Assembly: GCA_020184695.1 (NCBI GenBank)
Contig: JAANOX010000117.1
Location: 1 to 64,000, forward strand
Source: Histomonas meleagridis 2922-C6/04-290x
Taxonomy: Eukaryota; Protista; Parabasalia
Reading direction: 5' to 3'
DNA: 64,000 nucleotides
Positions 1-10,494 of the stretch are shown here, piece after piece. A model generated the notes under the pieces. That model searched no databases, was not told the DNA's origin, and saw nothing but the letters and a program-made list of their open reading frames with translations. The stretch's first letter is position 1. Each line of letters starts with the position of its first letter. The translations under genes and the position numbers were made by a program.

Positions 1-549
1 CAAATAGTTGTTTCCAATAATGGCAAGCATGATTAAAGGAGTTGAAAATAACATTGGATAAATATATTCCAGAGCTTGATCCATTAGTTCATCAGCACAA
101 CCAGTAAACTTTAGGAATGGCTTCAGAAGGAAGTAAAATCCAACCATAAAAATTATAGTTGAAATAAATGAAATTCGGAAAATATCAGAAATTAAATGAC
201 TTGCATCATCTCTTCGACCGTTTCCAATCAAAAATGATGTTCTTGCTGTAATGGATGTTCCAAAGTAAATGCAAAGGAACAGAATAGTTGAAATTGGTAA
301 AGATGAATATCCAATAGCTTGGATGATAGATGGTTCAGTTTTTTGATATCCTTTTGAAATAAAAAGTGTTTCTATTATTTCAAAGAATGATGTAGCTGAA
401 GTTGAAAGAGGACCAAAAGTCATTAAAAGAATCGTAACGAATGGTGAATGCTTCACAAATTTTTTATTTTCTTCATACATCCCTGAATCTAGTGGTACAT
501 CTTCTTCTAGATCATTGTTCTGAAGGAGAGGTTCATTTTCTTGCTTCAT
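1..549 (-). CDS. MATE-family (MatE) efflux transporter, N-terminal part; runs off the left edge
   Basis: Manual translation from ATG at 549 is open to position 1: MKQENEPLL...FVKHSPFVTILLMTFGPLS...TSITARTSFLIGNGRRDDASHLISDIFR...PFLKFTGC. The multi-TM pattern matches trichomonad MatE proteins from recall; absent from the ORF track because it is truncated. Confidence 0.65.
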   Translation of the reverse strand, partial: MKQENEPLLQNNDLEEDVPLDSGMYEENKKFVKHSPFVTILLMTFGPLSTSATSFFEIIETLFISKGYQKTEPSIIQAIGYSSLPISTILFLCIYFGTSITARTSFLIGNGRRDDASHLISDIFRISFISTIIFMVGFYFLLKPFLKFTGCADELMDQALEYIYPMLFSTPLIMLAIIGNNYL

Positions 550-693
550 TTAATAATAACCACTTGTCGCTACCTTCCAAGCATTCAAATGCATTTGAAA
601 CAGCTTTATTAAAAAAGTGACGGGATGATACGGTTAAGGTTTTCTTTTAAGATAAAATTACGTCTAATCGCATAACACAATTGGAAAATGGAT

Positions 694-750
694 CACATCG
701 TAGCGGTTTTTTGAATGATCATTCAGCCAAAACGATCAATTTCAACACAA
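694..750. repeat. Dispersed non-coding element; second, inverted and rearranged copy at 53063-53148
   Basis: Blocks CACATCGTAGCGGTTTTTTGAAT, ATCATTCAGC and ACGATCAATTTCAACACAA occur here and as reverse complements at 53063-53148. Confidence 0.7.
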
Positions 751-936
751 TTATGTTAACCGTTGTCATCTGCTAACGATAAGAATTCAATTTTGGAAAC
801 ACAAAAAGTAAAATTTTCAACTGGTCAGTTTGAGGATAATTTATTCAACTGCACATACAGCATCAATAATTTAGCTATAACACAAAAGTTTATAAAGAAG
901 CTCATGGAATAAAAATGAAATTTTGTGCGATTCATT

Positions 937-1920
937 TTATATATTTAATCTAATAACAGACTTCACACCGAAATGATCCGATAGCCTGACAAACGGTTCT
1001 CCTTCTACTTCGAATTTTTCAACGCTAGTAGAAAAGTTTTCAACCAAATTGTCATTTCTGTGTTTGAAGAGAAAAATGTAATCAATGGATTTTTTGTGAG
1101 GAGTTTCCGTGTCTCTGATCTTTGTAGTCGTTGTGGGATGTATACCTTGTGTTGAATATAATGTATCAAAAATTTCATAATCTTCAAGATTGATTAAATT
1201 CATTAATCTATAGTATTCTTTTTCATTGCTGATTGAATCTGTGTTCATATCTCCAAGTAAAAATATCGGGAAATTGTCTTTATGTTTTTTCATTATTTCA
1301 ACAATTTGTCGAATTTGATCTGACCGTACACTTATATCTTTATCTGTATCACTTCCATACGAAGCTTGCATATGCGTGGAAAGGAAATGAATATGTTTGT
1401 CTTTAGATATCTGAATTTTTGTATAAATAACACCTTTCGCAGCAAGAGCATCGGATTTGAGACCAGATGAATATACTACACTATCTATATCTACAATTGG
1501 ATATTTGGAAAGGACCAATGCACCGCCATCGACAAAAAATCGTGAAAAAAAGTTGAATTTATGTATCGTAGCTGAATGATTAAATCCATATTTTTTTACA
1601 CTTTCAATTAGATTTTTGACAAGTGAAGAACCGAAGTGAAATGCTTCATTAAAAGAAACGATATCATAATCGGAAATAGCTTTTGCTATTAATGAAGATC
1701 TTTCCTTTGTGTATTCTTCCTTACCAAAACGTAGCATTGCTGGACGTAAAAATACGTTATATTGTAAAATTTTGATTTCTTTCTTGGAACCAACATATAC
1801 ATTTAAGGGATCATCTATTGGTTTTAAATGAGGATCAAACGTTACATAATATGTTATCTTAACACCTAACATTACCGAGGCAGTAACTAGAATAAGGAAT
1901 CCAATAATCAATGAAACCAT
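937..1920 (-). CDS. Endonuclease/exonuclease/phosphatase-family protein, neutral sphingomyelinase-like, with N-terminal TM/signal anchor
   Basis: Motifs QYNV, FNEAF, KGVIY, THMQA, GDMN, IDYIF and SDHFGV are typical of the EEP fold; hydrophobic N-terminus. Confidence 0.85.
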   Translation of the reverse strand: MVSLIIGFLILVTASVMLGVKITYYVTFDPHLKPIDDPLNVYVGSKKEIKILQYNVFLRPAMLRFGKEEYTKERSSLIAKAISDYDIVSFNEAFHFGSSLVKNLIESVKKYGFNHSATIHKFNFFSRFFVDGGALVLSKYPIVDIDSVVYSSGLKSDALAAKGVIYTKIQISKDKHIHFLSTHMQASYGSDTDKDISVRSDQIRQIVEIMKKHKDNFPIFLLGDMNTDSISNEKEYYRLMNLINLEDYEIFDTLYSTQGIHPTTTTKIRDTETPHKKSIDYIFLFKHRNDNLVENFSTSVEKFEVEGEPFVRLSDHFGVKSVIRLNI

Positions 1921-2547
1921 CTCGATTGCGCCAGTGATGTCATCTGATTTTGAAAAAATAATTCGGTTTCAATTTATTTCAGGGTGGATTGTTTTTATTG
2001 CAATAAAGTATTCAAAAAATTCGTAAGTCCGCATAATGGGAGTAATTGAACAAAAAATCAGTATGTAATGATTTCAATTTTGATATCACCGGTGATATAT
2101 TTTCAACGTTGTGCGGTAATTGAATCACATCGTTCTACTTTTTCTTTTATACAATTCGAATTGAGAATAATGTAACACAAGTGAAAAAATAACATCTTAC
2201 ATATAATGAAATTGATTCAAAAATGGAAGGAAGGATGACTCAATGGCTCTTGAGAAAGTAAAAGATTGAATTTTTGGTAATTGGAAACCACTTAAGCGAA
2301 ATTGTTGATTTCGAATATAATTGTCAAATTAACAATCGCAAATTACAACATTCCAAATTATAAAATATTCCATTGGACAATAGAAAGATTCTTTGAGTTA
2401 AAATTGTTTGTTTATTTTGTGCAAACCTAATAGGCATTTTCATCCAAACACATGTCTAATGGATTTTTTTTCTGGAGATTTTCGTTTCATGCTTATAAAC
2501 GCATAAAACAACAGTTTTCTATATAAACTTGTTCAAATAATTCGACA

Positions 2548-2811
2548 TTGAGTCAAGTCATTGAATATTTTGAACTGAGACCGTTTATTAAAAAAATGGT
2601 CGAAAAATCCATTGTTGATCTTTATCAAAATGGTTGTACGCACCAACAAATAACTCAAATCCTACATGTGTGTAGCCTTAGGGTAGGAAGAGTAATAAAT
2701 GAATACAATGAAACTGGTAAAATACCATTACCAGTAAAAATAAATATATAAAGAAGAGGTGCCAAACCAAAAATTACAGAAGACAAGATGATTACCTCCT
2801 TAAAGAACTAA
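2548..2811 (+). mobile_element. Relic of a Tc1/IS630-like transposase N-terminal helix-turn-helix
   Basis: IVDLYQNGCTHQQITQILHVCSLRVGRVINEYNETGKI, then an in-frame TAA (2749-2751), then RRGAKPKIT, resembling the paired-like HTH plus GRPR linker. No DDE domain or TIRs seen. Confidence 0.45.
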
Positions 2812-3207
2812 AAAGTTACATGAAATATATAAGTAAATAAACAAAAACATAAAAGAGATTTTAGAAACTATTTCGACATTAATCTCATTGTCAATTTTGA
2901 CAAGTTTACAAAAATTCATGTCAATTTTCAATCTATCGTAATGTCGAATTATTTGAACCGGTTTATTTCTACATAGAGAAATTTTATTAATATTTTCATT
3001 TTTTTATTAAAACGCGTGTATATATAAATTTTTCGTTTTGTTATAGAAAGTATTTCAAATATTTATGCAAAAGTAAAAACGATCATTTTGTATTGAATAT
3101 AAAAATGAGGCTCAAACAATTTCAAAGGCCTTTTTCCTTTACCAAAACGATTGACATCAATTGAAATTTCCGAAAGAATTGAACAAAAATCCGTTTAAAA
3201 TCAAACA

Positions 3208-3816
3208 ATGGAGAGGATGAAAAATGTTGATATGAAAATTATTGTATTAGGTTCATCTTTTGTAGGAAAAACATCAATTATTAATCGATATTGTAATGGT
3301 ACATTTTTTGAAGATACACTTTCAACTGTTGGCGCAGGATTTTTTTCTCATACATTAATTGTTGAAGACATTGAAGTTAATGTCACTCTTTGGGATACTG
3401 CTGGCGAAGAAAGATTTCAAAGCATAGCACCGTCTCTACTAAGAGGTTCAAATGGGATAATACTTGTTTTTGATTTAACTCAAAAAAACACTTTTGAAGA
3501 CATTGACGCATACCTAGATTTGTTTCACCAAACATGTAAGATTGATACAAAGCAAGCAGAACCAGTTCTACTTATTGGAAATAAGATGGATTTAGAAAAT
3601 CAAGCTGTTTCAATGGATACAATTCAAACATGGAAAAGTTTGAATAATGTTGAGAATTACTTTCCTGTTTCTGCTAAAACAGGCGAAAATATCGATATTG
3701 CTTTAGATAAATTCTTTACACAACTTGCTCCTGAAATTGTAAATGAAGACGCTCCATTACAGATAGTAATTGCCTCTGCGTCAGGTAACTCTGAAAAAAC
3801 GAAGTGTTGTTCATGA
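3208..3816 (+). CDS. Rab-family small GTPase
   Basis: G1 GSSFVGKTS, G3 WDTAGEE, G4 GNKMD, G5 SAKTG; C-terminal CCS prenylation signal. Confidence 0.95.
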   Translation: MERMKNVDMKIIVLGSSFVGKTSIINRYCNGTFFEDTLSTVGAGFFSHTLIVEDIEVNVTLWDTAGEERFQSIAPSLLRGSNGIILVFDLTQKNTFEDIDAYLDLFHQTCKIDTKQAEPVLLIGNKMDLENQAVSMDTIQTWKSLNNVENYFPVSAKTGENIDIALDKFFTQLAPEIVNEDAPLQIVIASASGNSEKTKCCS

Positions 3817-4100
3817 ATTTATTTTAATTATTTAATTTTGTAAAAAAATCGATTTCCAATACTGTTTTTTTATTTAATGCTTATTAACAAAAATAAATGA
3901 ATTTAATTTAGTGTAAAAATGCAAAATACTTACTTTTGTTGTATCTTAACTTTATGATTTTCTGATTACATAAACTTTTCTATTTTAACATTTAAAAAAA
4001 AAAAGACAACAAAACAACTTTAACGGTACTTTTAAATATTTTTTGAAAAATTTTCTTGATTTTTAGTGAGATATTTTTGTTTGAAAAAATGGAATCAACT

Positions 4101-4343
4101 TCTTGGTTGATAATACGAAGGAAAGTTATAAAGATTTAGAAGAGAAATATCGGAAATATAGCGAGGAAAAAGGATACATTGGATATTTCACAGTTGATGT
4201 TAAATATTGAAGAATCATTTTTCTCACTTGCAAAATATATTGTTGATAATGACATTCATCCATCAACTGAAGAAATTGATTTAACTCCCAAAGAAGGTAA
4301 GGGCAAAAAATGTGAAAAGAATAAAGTTTTTGTTATTCAGTAA
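4101..4343 (+). pseudogene. C-terminal fragment of a Rab32-like paralogue
   Basis: Translates as LEEKYRKYSEEKGYIGYFTVDV/NIEESFFSLAKYIVDNDIHP (one frameshift), nearly matching MEERYRKYSEEKGFIGYFTVN...NVEESISSLVKY at 11880-12000; 5' half missing. Confidence 0.75.
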
Positions 4344-4822
4344 AATATTATTAAGTGTTTCTAATATCATAACATTCTTTACAAATATTTATTCATATTT
4401 TAAATCAAAATATGATATTCTATATCAATGTTTTCACAGAAATGATAAAAATAGATTATCTTGAAAATAATGAATGATTCAAAAACACTTAATAACTAAA
4501 GTATTTATATTAAGTATTTATAATTTTTACACTCATTTTTTTATATAAAATTTATTTTATTTTCGATTAAAACATCATCTATGTCGATCAAAGTATTTCA
4601 AACTAATTATGATCATACGTTTCTTTGAAATTAAAACAATAACTTATTTTCTCACCCCCAATATTTTTCTTTTATACCCTTTTTTATAATTTTATATCTA
4701 TATCTCAATGAGTTTATTTTAAAAATTTCTTATTTTTTGCAGAGCAAAGCAAAGCAAACAGTGCGAAGCGCATTCTTGTTTTAATTCATACCTGTCAAAA
4801 ATTTAGGGCTTTGCCAACTTCT

Positions 4823-5828
4823 ATGAGAGGAAAAAAAAAACTAGAATTGGATAAAACTGACAGAAAAATCACTGACCATGTTGAAGATTTTGACTTTAAT
4901 GATTTAAATCTTCCTATCAATGATATACAAGAATAATTCATCATCACATTCTAAATCTTTTTGTGGTGAGTTTAAAGCAATTGTTATATGTTTCAGGATT
5001 TTAATGATATTTTTTACAAGCATTTTCTTTTGCTCATTTTTTATTCCGCGTAATGAATATCTTGAAGCTAAACGACAGAATCCTGAACATGATTTCTATG
5101 AAATGCCTGCTCTTCTCCTTCGGTTATATTGGACTCATTAAGTTTTCATAATAGCTTTTCTTATCACATTTTTTATTCTTTTAATTTTTGAGTTGAAAAT
5201 TTTAATTCCATTTCTACCACTATCTGTTGGCGGCGCTTTTATTCTGTGTATCATGACGCCATTATCCATTCAAGAAAATGAAGTTATTGAAAATGCATTT
5301 AGTAATTCACAAAGTTATACATCATATGAAAGTGCTATTCATGATATTGTTAAACAACTTCCATGTTTTGAAATTGGTTTTACTGGTGTATCAAAGCGAA
5401 ATAAAAGAACAACGTATTGTTATCCACCAACTTTTATTATTAATGCAACGACTTCATTAACCATTCCAAAACTTTCCGGAAACTATTCGTGGGTACAAGT
5501 GACATTAAATGTAACTTATTCAACAGTTTTGGAATATTTGAATCGTTTTTGTGAATTGTATCGAAAGCATTTGCCTTCAGAAAATCAAAATGGAAGAACA
5601 ATTACTTGGACTGATATTTATGGATATAAAATGAAAACGCATAACCCAAACACAGTGTTAGTTAAACGAAAAGAATTAAGCGGGAAACTGAGCATTGCTG
5701 TGGGACAAACAATGATGTTGTTTTGGGCAGGGCTTGGATATCTTTATAGAATGATGGTTTCCAATATATCGCCCTGTAATTATAAAGACAAGCATCGATA
5801 TCAATATTTCAATCGAATGTATTCCTGA
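4823..5828 (+). pseudogene. Membrane protein of unknown function, disrupted (pseudogene or assembly errors)
   Basis: ORFs 4920-5141 and 5193-5828 are in the same frame, separated only by TAA at 5139-5141 with a hydrophobic continuation. An upstream ATG frame (4823) joins by a frameshift near 4930. Confidence 0.55.
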
Positions 5829-6128
5829 TGAAAGTAGTGAATTCTTTGAAATTTTGAGTTTGACAAACACAATTACAATTAATTAATAATGTTTTTGTAA
5901 ATATTTTGTAATTTGTAACTGTGTTTTTGACATTAAATAAGTAATCTCTTAAGTAGTATATCAATTAGGGAGTTTTCTTGCTTCATAACTTTTAATCTTG
6001 GTGAATGCTTTTTTGACTTTCAAAAAGAACACTTTTAGTATAAGACTCAGAATTTACAAAGGGAAAGAATAAACTTATCAAAAAAAATAATAACAACAGA
6101 AATTTGAAAGGTCGATAGACAAATTTAT

Positions 6129-9100
6129 ATGGATATGGAAAGAAAACTTTCCTACAAGCCCACCAAAATGCAAAAACTCCAACAACTCGAACAAATTGTA
6201 TTTAATTTAAACAAAGATAATCTTAGTATTTCTGTTCAAAATACAATGACTCTACTTGAAAAATATTTTATTTATTCATACAATTATGTTATATGTTCCT
6301 TAATTATACATGCATTTGCTTCTATGAGAGAGGATTATGAAATATATTTTATTTATTTACAGGCAATACAAGAAAAAGAAAAAGAGTACACTGATTTAAA
6401 GCTTTTTAAAATGTTTAAGCAAAGCCTTTTGCAAGAAAAATCACAAGAATCGTATTATCTTCTTGATAAAATGATTGAAAAAAAATTAGTTGGTTTAAAC
6501 ATCATAAACAATCTTCAATCAATATATTTTTCTCATTATAAATTTGATTCACGAAATAAAACTGATAACAATAATCCATATTGTTCTACTTTTTTAAAAA
6601 ATTACGAAGAACTTTCAAATAATAATTTTGAACTTCATAAGAAATATGTTAAAGAAGGACATAACCCAAGCGAAATTGCAAGGATAATTAGAAACGATGA
6701 GATAGAAAAACTTCAAGAAATGTTATCACAAAATAATTTTGATTTTAATCAAACAATAGAACCATCACTTTATGAAAGATGTTCATTTGTTAATAAGGAA
6801 AATGTTACATTAATTGATTATGCGGCATATTTTGGTTCAATTAAATGTTTTAAATATATACTATCAAATAAATCTATTAATGACAATACATTTAAATTTG
6901 CAGTTGCAGGTGGAAATCTTGAAATCATTCATTTGTGTGAACAAAACCATATATCTTTAAAAGACTCTTTAGAAATAGCAATTAAATTCCACCGAAATGA
7001 TGTTTTTCGTTATTTTTATGAAAATAATATTGAAGAAACATTGTTAACCAAATACTTAAAAATATTTGAACTTGACAAATTAGGAGAAGTTTGTATAAAT
7101 TATGATAATTTTGAAATTCTTGATTTTTTGTATGGTGAAGGAATGAAAACCAGCATAGATATGATTAATGAATCTGCACGAGTTGGTAATTTCTTTCTTG
7201 TTAATTACTATCTTGATGATTATCCAATTCCATTTAATATTTTAAAATTCGCTTCTAAATCAAGAAATTTGGATCTTATTAATTTAATTCTTGAATATCA
7301 AAGAAGTAACAATGCTTGTATTTGTTTATTTTGTTCAATGTTTATTTAGCATTATCATCATTTTAATATAAAATATTTACAGAAACATTTCATTCAGCTT
7401 GCAAGAAAGGTTATATTGATATTGTCCAAAGTATTCTTAAACAAAACGGAAACAACGTTAATGAATATATTTATTATAATGACATTCGATTTAAAAATAA
7501 TATTTGGAAATTATTCAAAATATTTAATCCTGCGCTTATTTTAGCAATTGAAAATGGTCATACAGAAATAGTTAATATACTTCTTAAACAAAAAGGAATT
7601 GATATTAACGCTAAAGATAACATTTATAAAAAAAATATCATGTTTAAAAATAATATATGGGAATGATTTAAATAATTTAATTCAACACTTATTTTAGCAT
7701 CACAAAATGGATATATAAGAATAGTTAAATTACTACTTGAACAAGAAGGAATTGATGTTAATGCTAAAAATAATCTTTATTAAAATAATTTCAAGTTTCA
7801 GGATAATATTTGGAAATTATTTAAATAATTTAACATGGCGCTTATTTTAGCATCCGAAAAAGGTCATATTGAAATAGTAAAATTACTACTTGAACAAAAA
7901 GGAATTGATGTTAATGCTAGAAATAATCTTTATTAAAATAATTTCAAGTTTCAGGATAATATTTGGAAATTATTTAAATAATTTAATTCAACACTAATTT
8001 TAGCATCACAAAAGGGATATATAAGAATAGTTAAATTACTACTTGAACAAGAAGGAATTGATGTTAATGCTAGAGATATTATTTATTAAAATAATTCAAT
8101 ATTTTAAAATGAAATGTAAAATTTATTTCAATTTTTTGATACAGCTCTTATTTTAGCCATGAAAAATGGATATATTGAAATAGTAAAATTACTACTTGCA
8201 CAAAAAGGAATCAATGTTAATGTTAAAGATAATATGTATATTGATAATCTGCTGTTTTCATCACAATATTTGAGGGTTGTATAAAATATTTAATACAGCA
8301 CTTATTTTAGCATCTAGATATGGTCATCTAAAAATAGTAAAATTACTTCTTAAACAAGAAGGAATTGATGTTAATGCTAGAAATATTATTTATTAAAATA
8401 ATTCAATATTTTAAAATGAAATGTAAAATTTATTTCAATTTTTTGATACAGCTCTTATTTTTAGCCATGAAAAAAATGGATATATTGAAATAGTAAAATT
8501 ACTACTTGCACAAAAAAAGGAATCAATGTTAATGTTAAAGATAATATGTATATTGATAATCTGCTGTTTTCATCACAATATTTGAGGGTTGTATAAAATA
8601 TTTAATACAGCACTTATTTTAGCATCTAGATATGGTCATCTAAAAATAGTAAAATTACTTCTTAAACAAGAAGGAATTGATGTTAATGCTAGAAATATTA
8701 TTTATTAAAATAATTCAATATTTTAAAATGAAATGTAAAATTTATTTCAATTTTTTGATACAGCTCTTATTTTAGCCATGAAAAATGGATATATTGAAAT
8801 AGTAAAATTACTACTTGCACAAAAAGGAATCAATGTTAATGTTAAAGATAATATGTATATTGATAATTTGTAGTTTATAAATGATATCTGGAAATAATTT
8901 AAATTATTTAATGAATCAGTTGTTGCATTAATGAAAAACAGATATATATCTATAGATATAGTAAAATTTCTACTTGAACAAGAAGGAATTGGTATCTACG
9001 TTAAAAGCATTATTTATAACAATCAATTATTATTTCAAACTAGTATTTAGAAATTATGTAAAAAATTTCAAACAGCACTTATATCTGCATCTAAATATGG

Positions 9101-10494
9101 CTACATAGAAATGGTTAATTTTCTCATTAAACAAAAAATAGTTGAAAATGTTAAGTATTTTTCTTCGTTTAATATAATATTTAAAATTAATATTTGAGAG
9201 TTTTTCAAAATATTTTGTGAAGTACTTATTATAGCATCTGAAAAAGGTCATATTGAAATAGTAAAATTACTACTTGAACAAGAAGGAATTGATGTTAATG
9301 CTAAAAACAAGTTTTATTAAAATAATTTTCTATTTCAATATGATATTTGGAAATTATTTGAATTATTTAATACGGCACTTATTTTCGCATCTGAAAAAGG
9401 TCATATTGAAATAGTAAAATTACTTCTTGAACAAAAAGGAATCGATATTAATACTAAAAACAATTTTTATCTTAATAAATTTATGCTTCAAAATAATATA
9501 TGGAAATTGTTTAAATCATTTCAAACAGCACTTATTTTGGCATCTAAAAATGATAATATTGAAATTGTTAAATTACTTCTTACACAAAAAGGAATTAACA
9601 TTAATGCTAAAGATGATATTTATTATAATAATTTGGTATTTCAAAATAATATTTGGAAATTATTTATTTTACTTAATACAGCACTTATTTTTGCATCTAG
9701 GTATAATCATATGGAAATTGTTAAATTACTTCTTGAACAAGAAGGAATTGATGTAAATGCTAAAAATATTAATTTTACATATTATGCGCTTATTTCAGTT
9801 TTTTTGTGTATAAAAATAATATTTAATTTTTATCATAAAAATTTAAAACAGCATTAATTTATTCTTGTGATAGAGATCATACAGATGTTACATTATTACT
9901 TCTTAAGGAAATAGGAATTGATAAAAATATTGAAGATATTTTTCAATTTTATATGAAATTTATTTTATTTTCATAATATTAAATAGTTTTATTCGGTAAT
10001 TATTTCAAATATATAAAACAGCACTAATGTATGCATCTGAAAATAATAATGCTAGAATAGCCCTCATCCTCAAAAAAAATATTGATATATCTTCAGGCAA
10101 TTATTGGCTTACAACAAATTCTCAATCAAATGGTTGGGGTTCTATAAACCCATTTAATTCTCAATCAAATGGTTGGGGTTCAACAAATCCATTTAATTCT
10201 CAATCAAATGGTTGGGGTTCAACAAATCCATTTAATTCTCAATCAAATGGTTGGGGTTCAACAAATCCATTTAATTCTCAATCAAATGGTTGGGGTTCAA
10301 CAAATCCATTTAATTCTCAATCAAATGGTTGGGGTTCAACAGATCCATACGATGATCAATCAAATGATCGGAGTTCTATAAACCCATACGATGATCAATC
10401 AAATGGTTGGGGTTCTATAAACCCATACGATGATCAATCAAATGATCGGAGTTCACCAAATTCGTTTAATTCTCAATCAAATGGTTGGGAGTAA
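6129..10494 (+). CDS. DUF3447-type ankyrin-repeat gene: open N-terminal part (6129-7319), about 18 ankyrin modules each split by a non-coding insert, then a GWG/NPF repeat tail
   Basis: The N-terminus has the trichomonad DUF3447-like motif IIRNDEIEKLQE...FNQTIEPSLYER...TLIDYAAYFGSIKCFKY. Ankyrin cores TALILAS.xGHxEIVKLLLEQEGIDVNAKD start at 7382, 7529, 7682, 7835, 7988, 8141, 8295, 8448, 8607, 8760, 8913, 9072, 9219, 9372, 9525, 9678, 9848 and 10018. Treating this as one gene is inference. Confidence 0.7.
7320..10017 (+). other. Array of 18 conserved inter-ankyrin inserts (putative non-canonical introns or bypass elements)
   Basis: Consensus ...ATTTATTAWAATAATTT..TATTTCAAAATAATATTTGGAAATTATTTAAAWTATTT. 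15 of 18 contain in-frame stops and/or shift the frame; no conserved GT donor. Confidence 0.75.
8141..8912 (+). repeat. Higher-order tandem repeat of about 307 bp (two ankyrin cores plus two inserts), about 2.5 copies
   Basis: Near-identical A units at 8141, 8448 and 8760 and B units at 8295 and 8607. The copy at 8448 differs by extra homopolymer bases (+1 T, +2 A, +2 A). Confidence 0.9.
10117..10494 (+). repeat. 39-bp coding tandem repeat (NSQSNGWGSTNPF), 9 full copies plus 1 partial
   Basis: Direct reading of ORF 10027-10494. Confidence 0.95.

Noticed and set aside
7320-10017. Canonical spliceosomal introns using the ACAG at ACA-GCA (Thr-Ala) as acceptor
   Set aside because: AG is absent in several units (CCT GCG, TCA ACA, ATG GCG, ACG GCA), no conserved GT donor or ACTAAC branch motif exists, and splicing there would delete the conserved Thr of the ankyrin TAL motif.
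7382-10017. CRISPR-like repeat-spacer array
   Set aside because: The repeats are about 90-nt protein-coding ankyrin cores, the spacers are homologous to each other, the context is eukaryotic and no cas genes are present.
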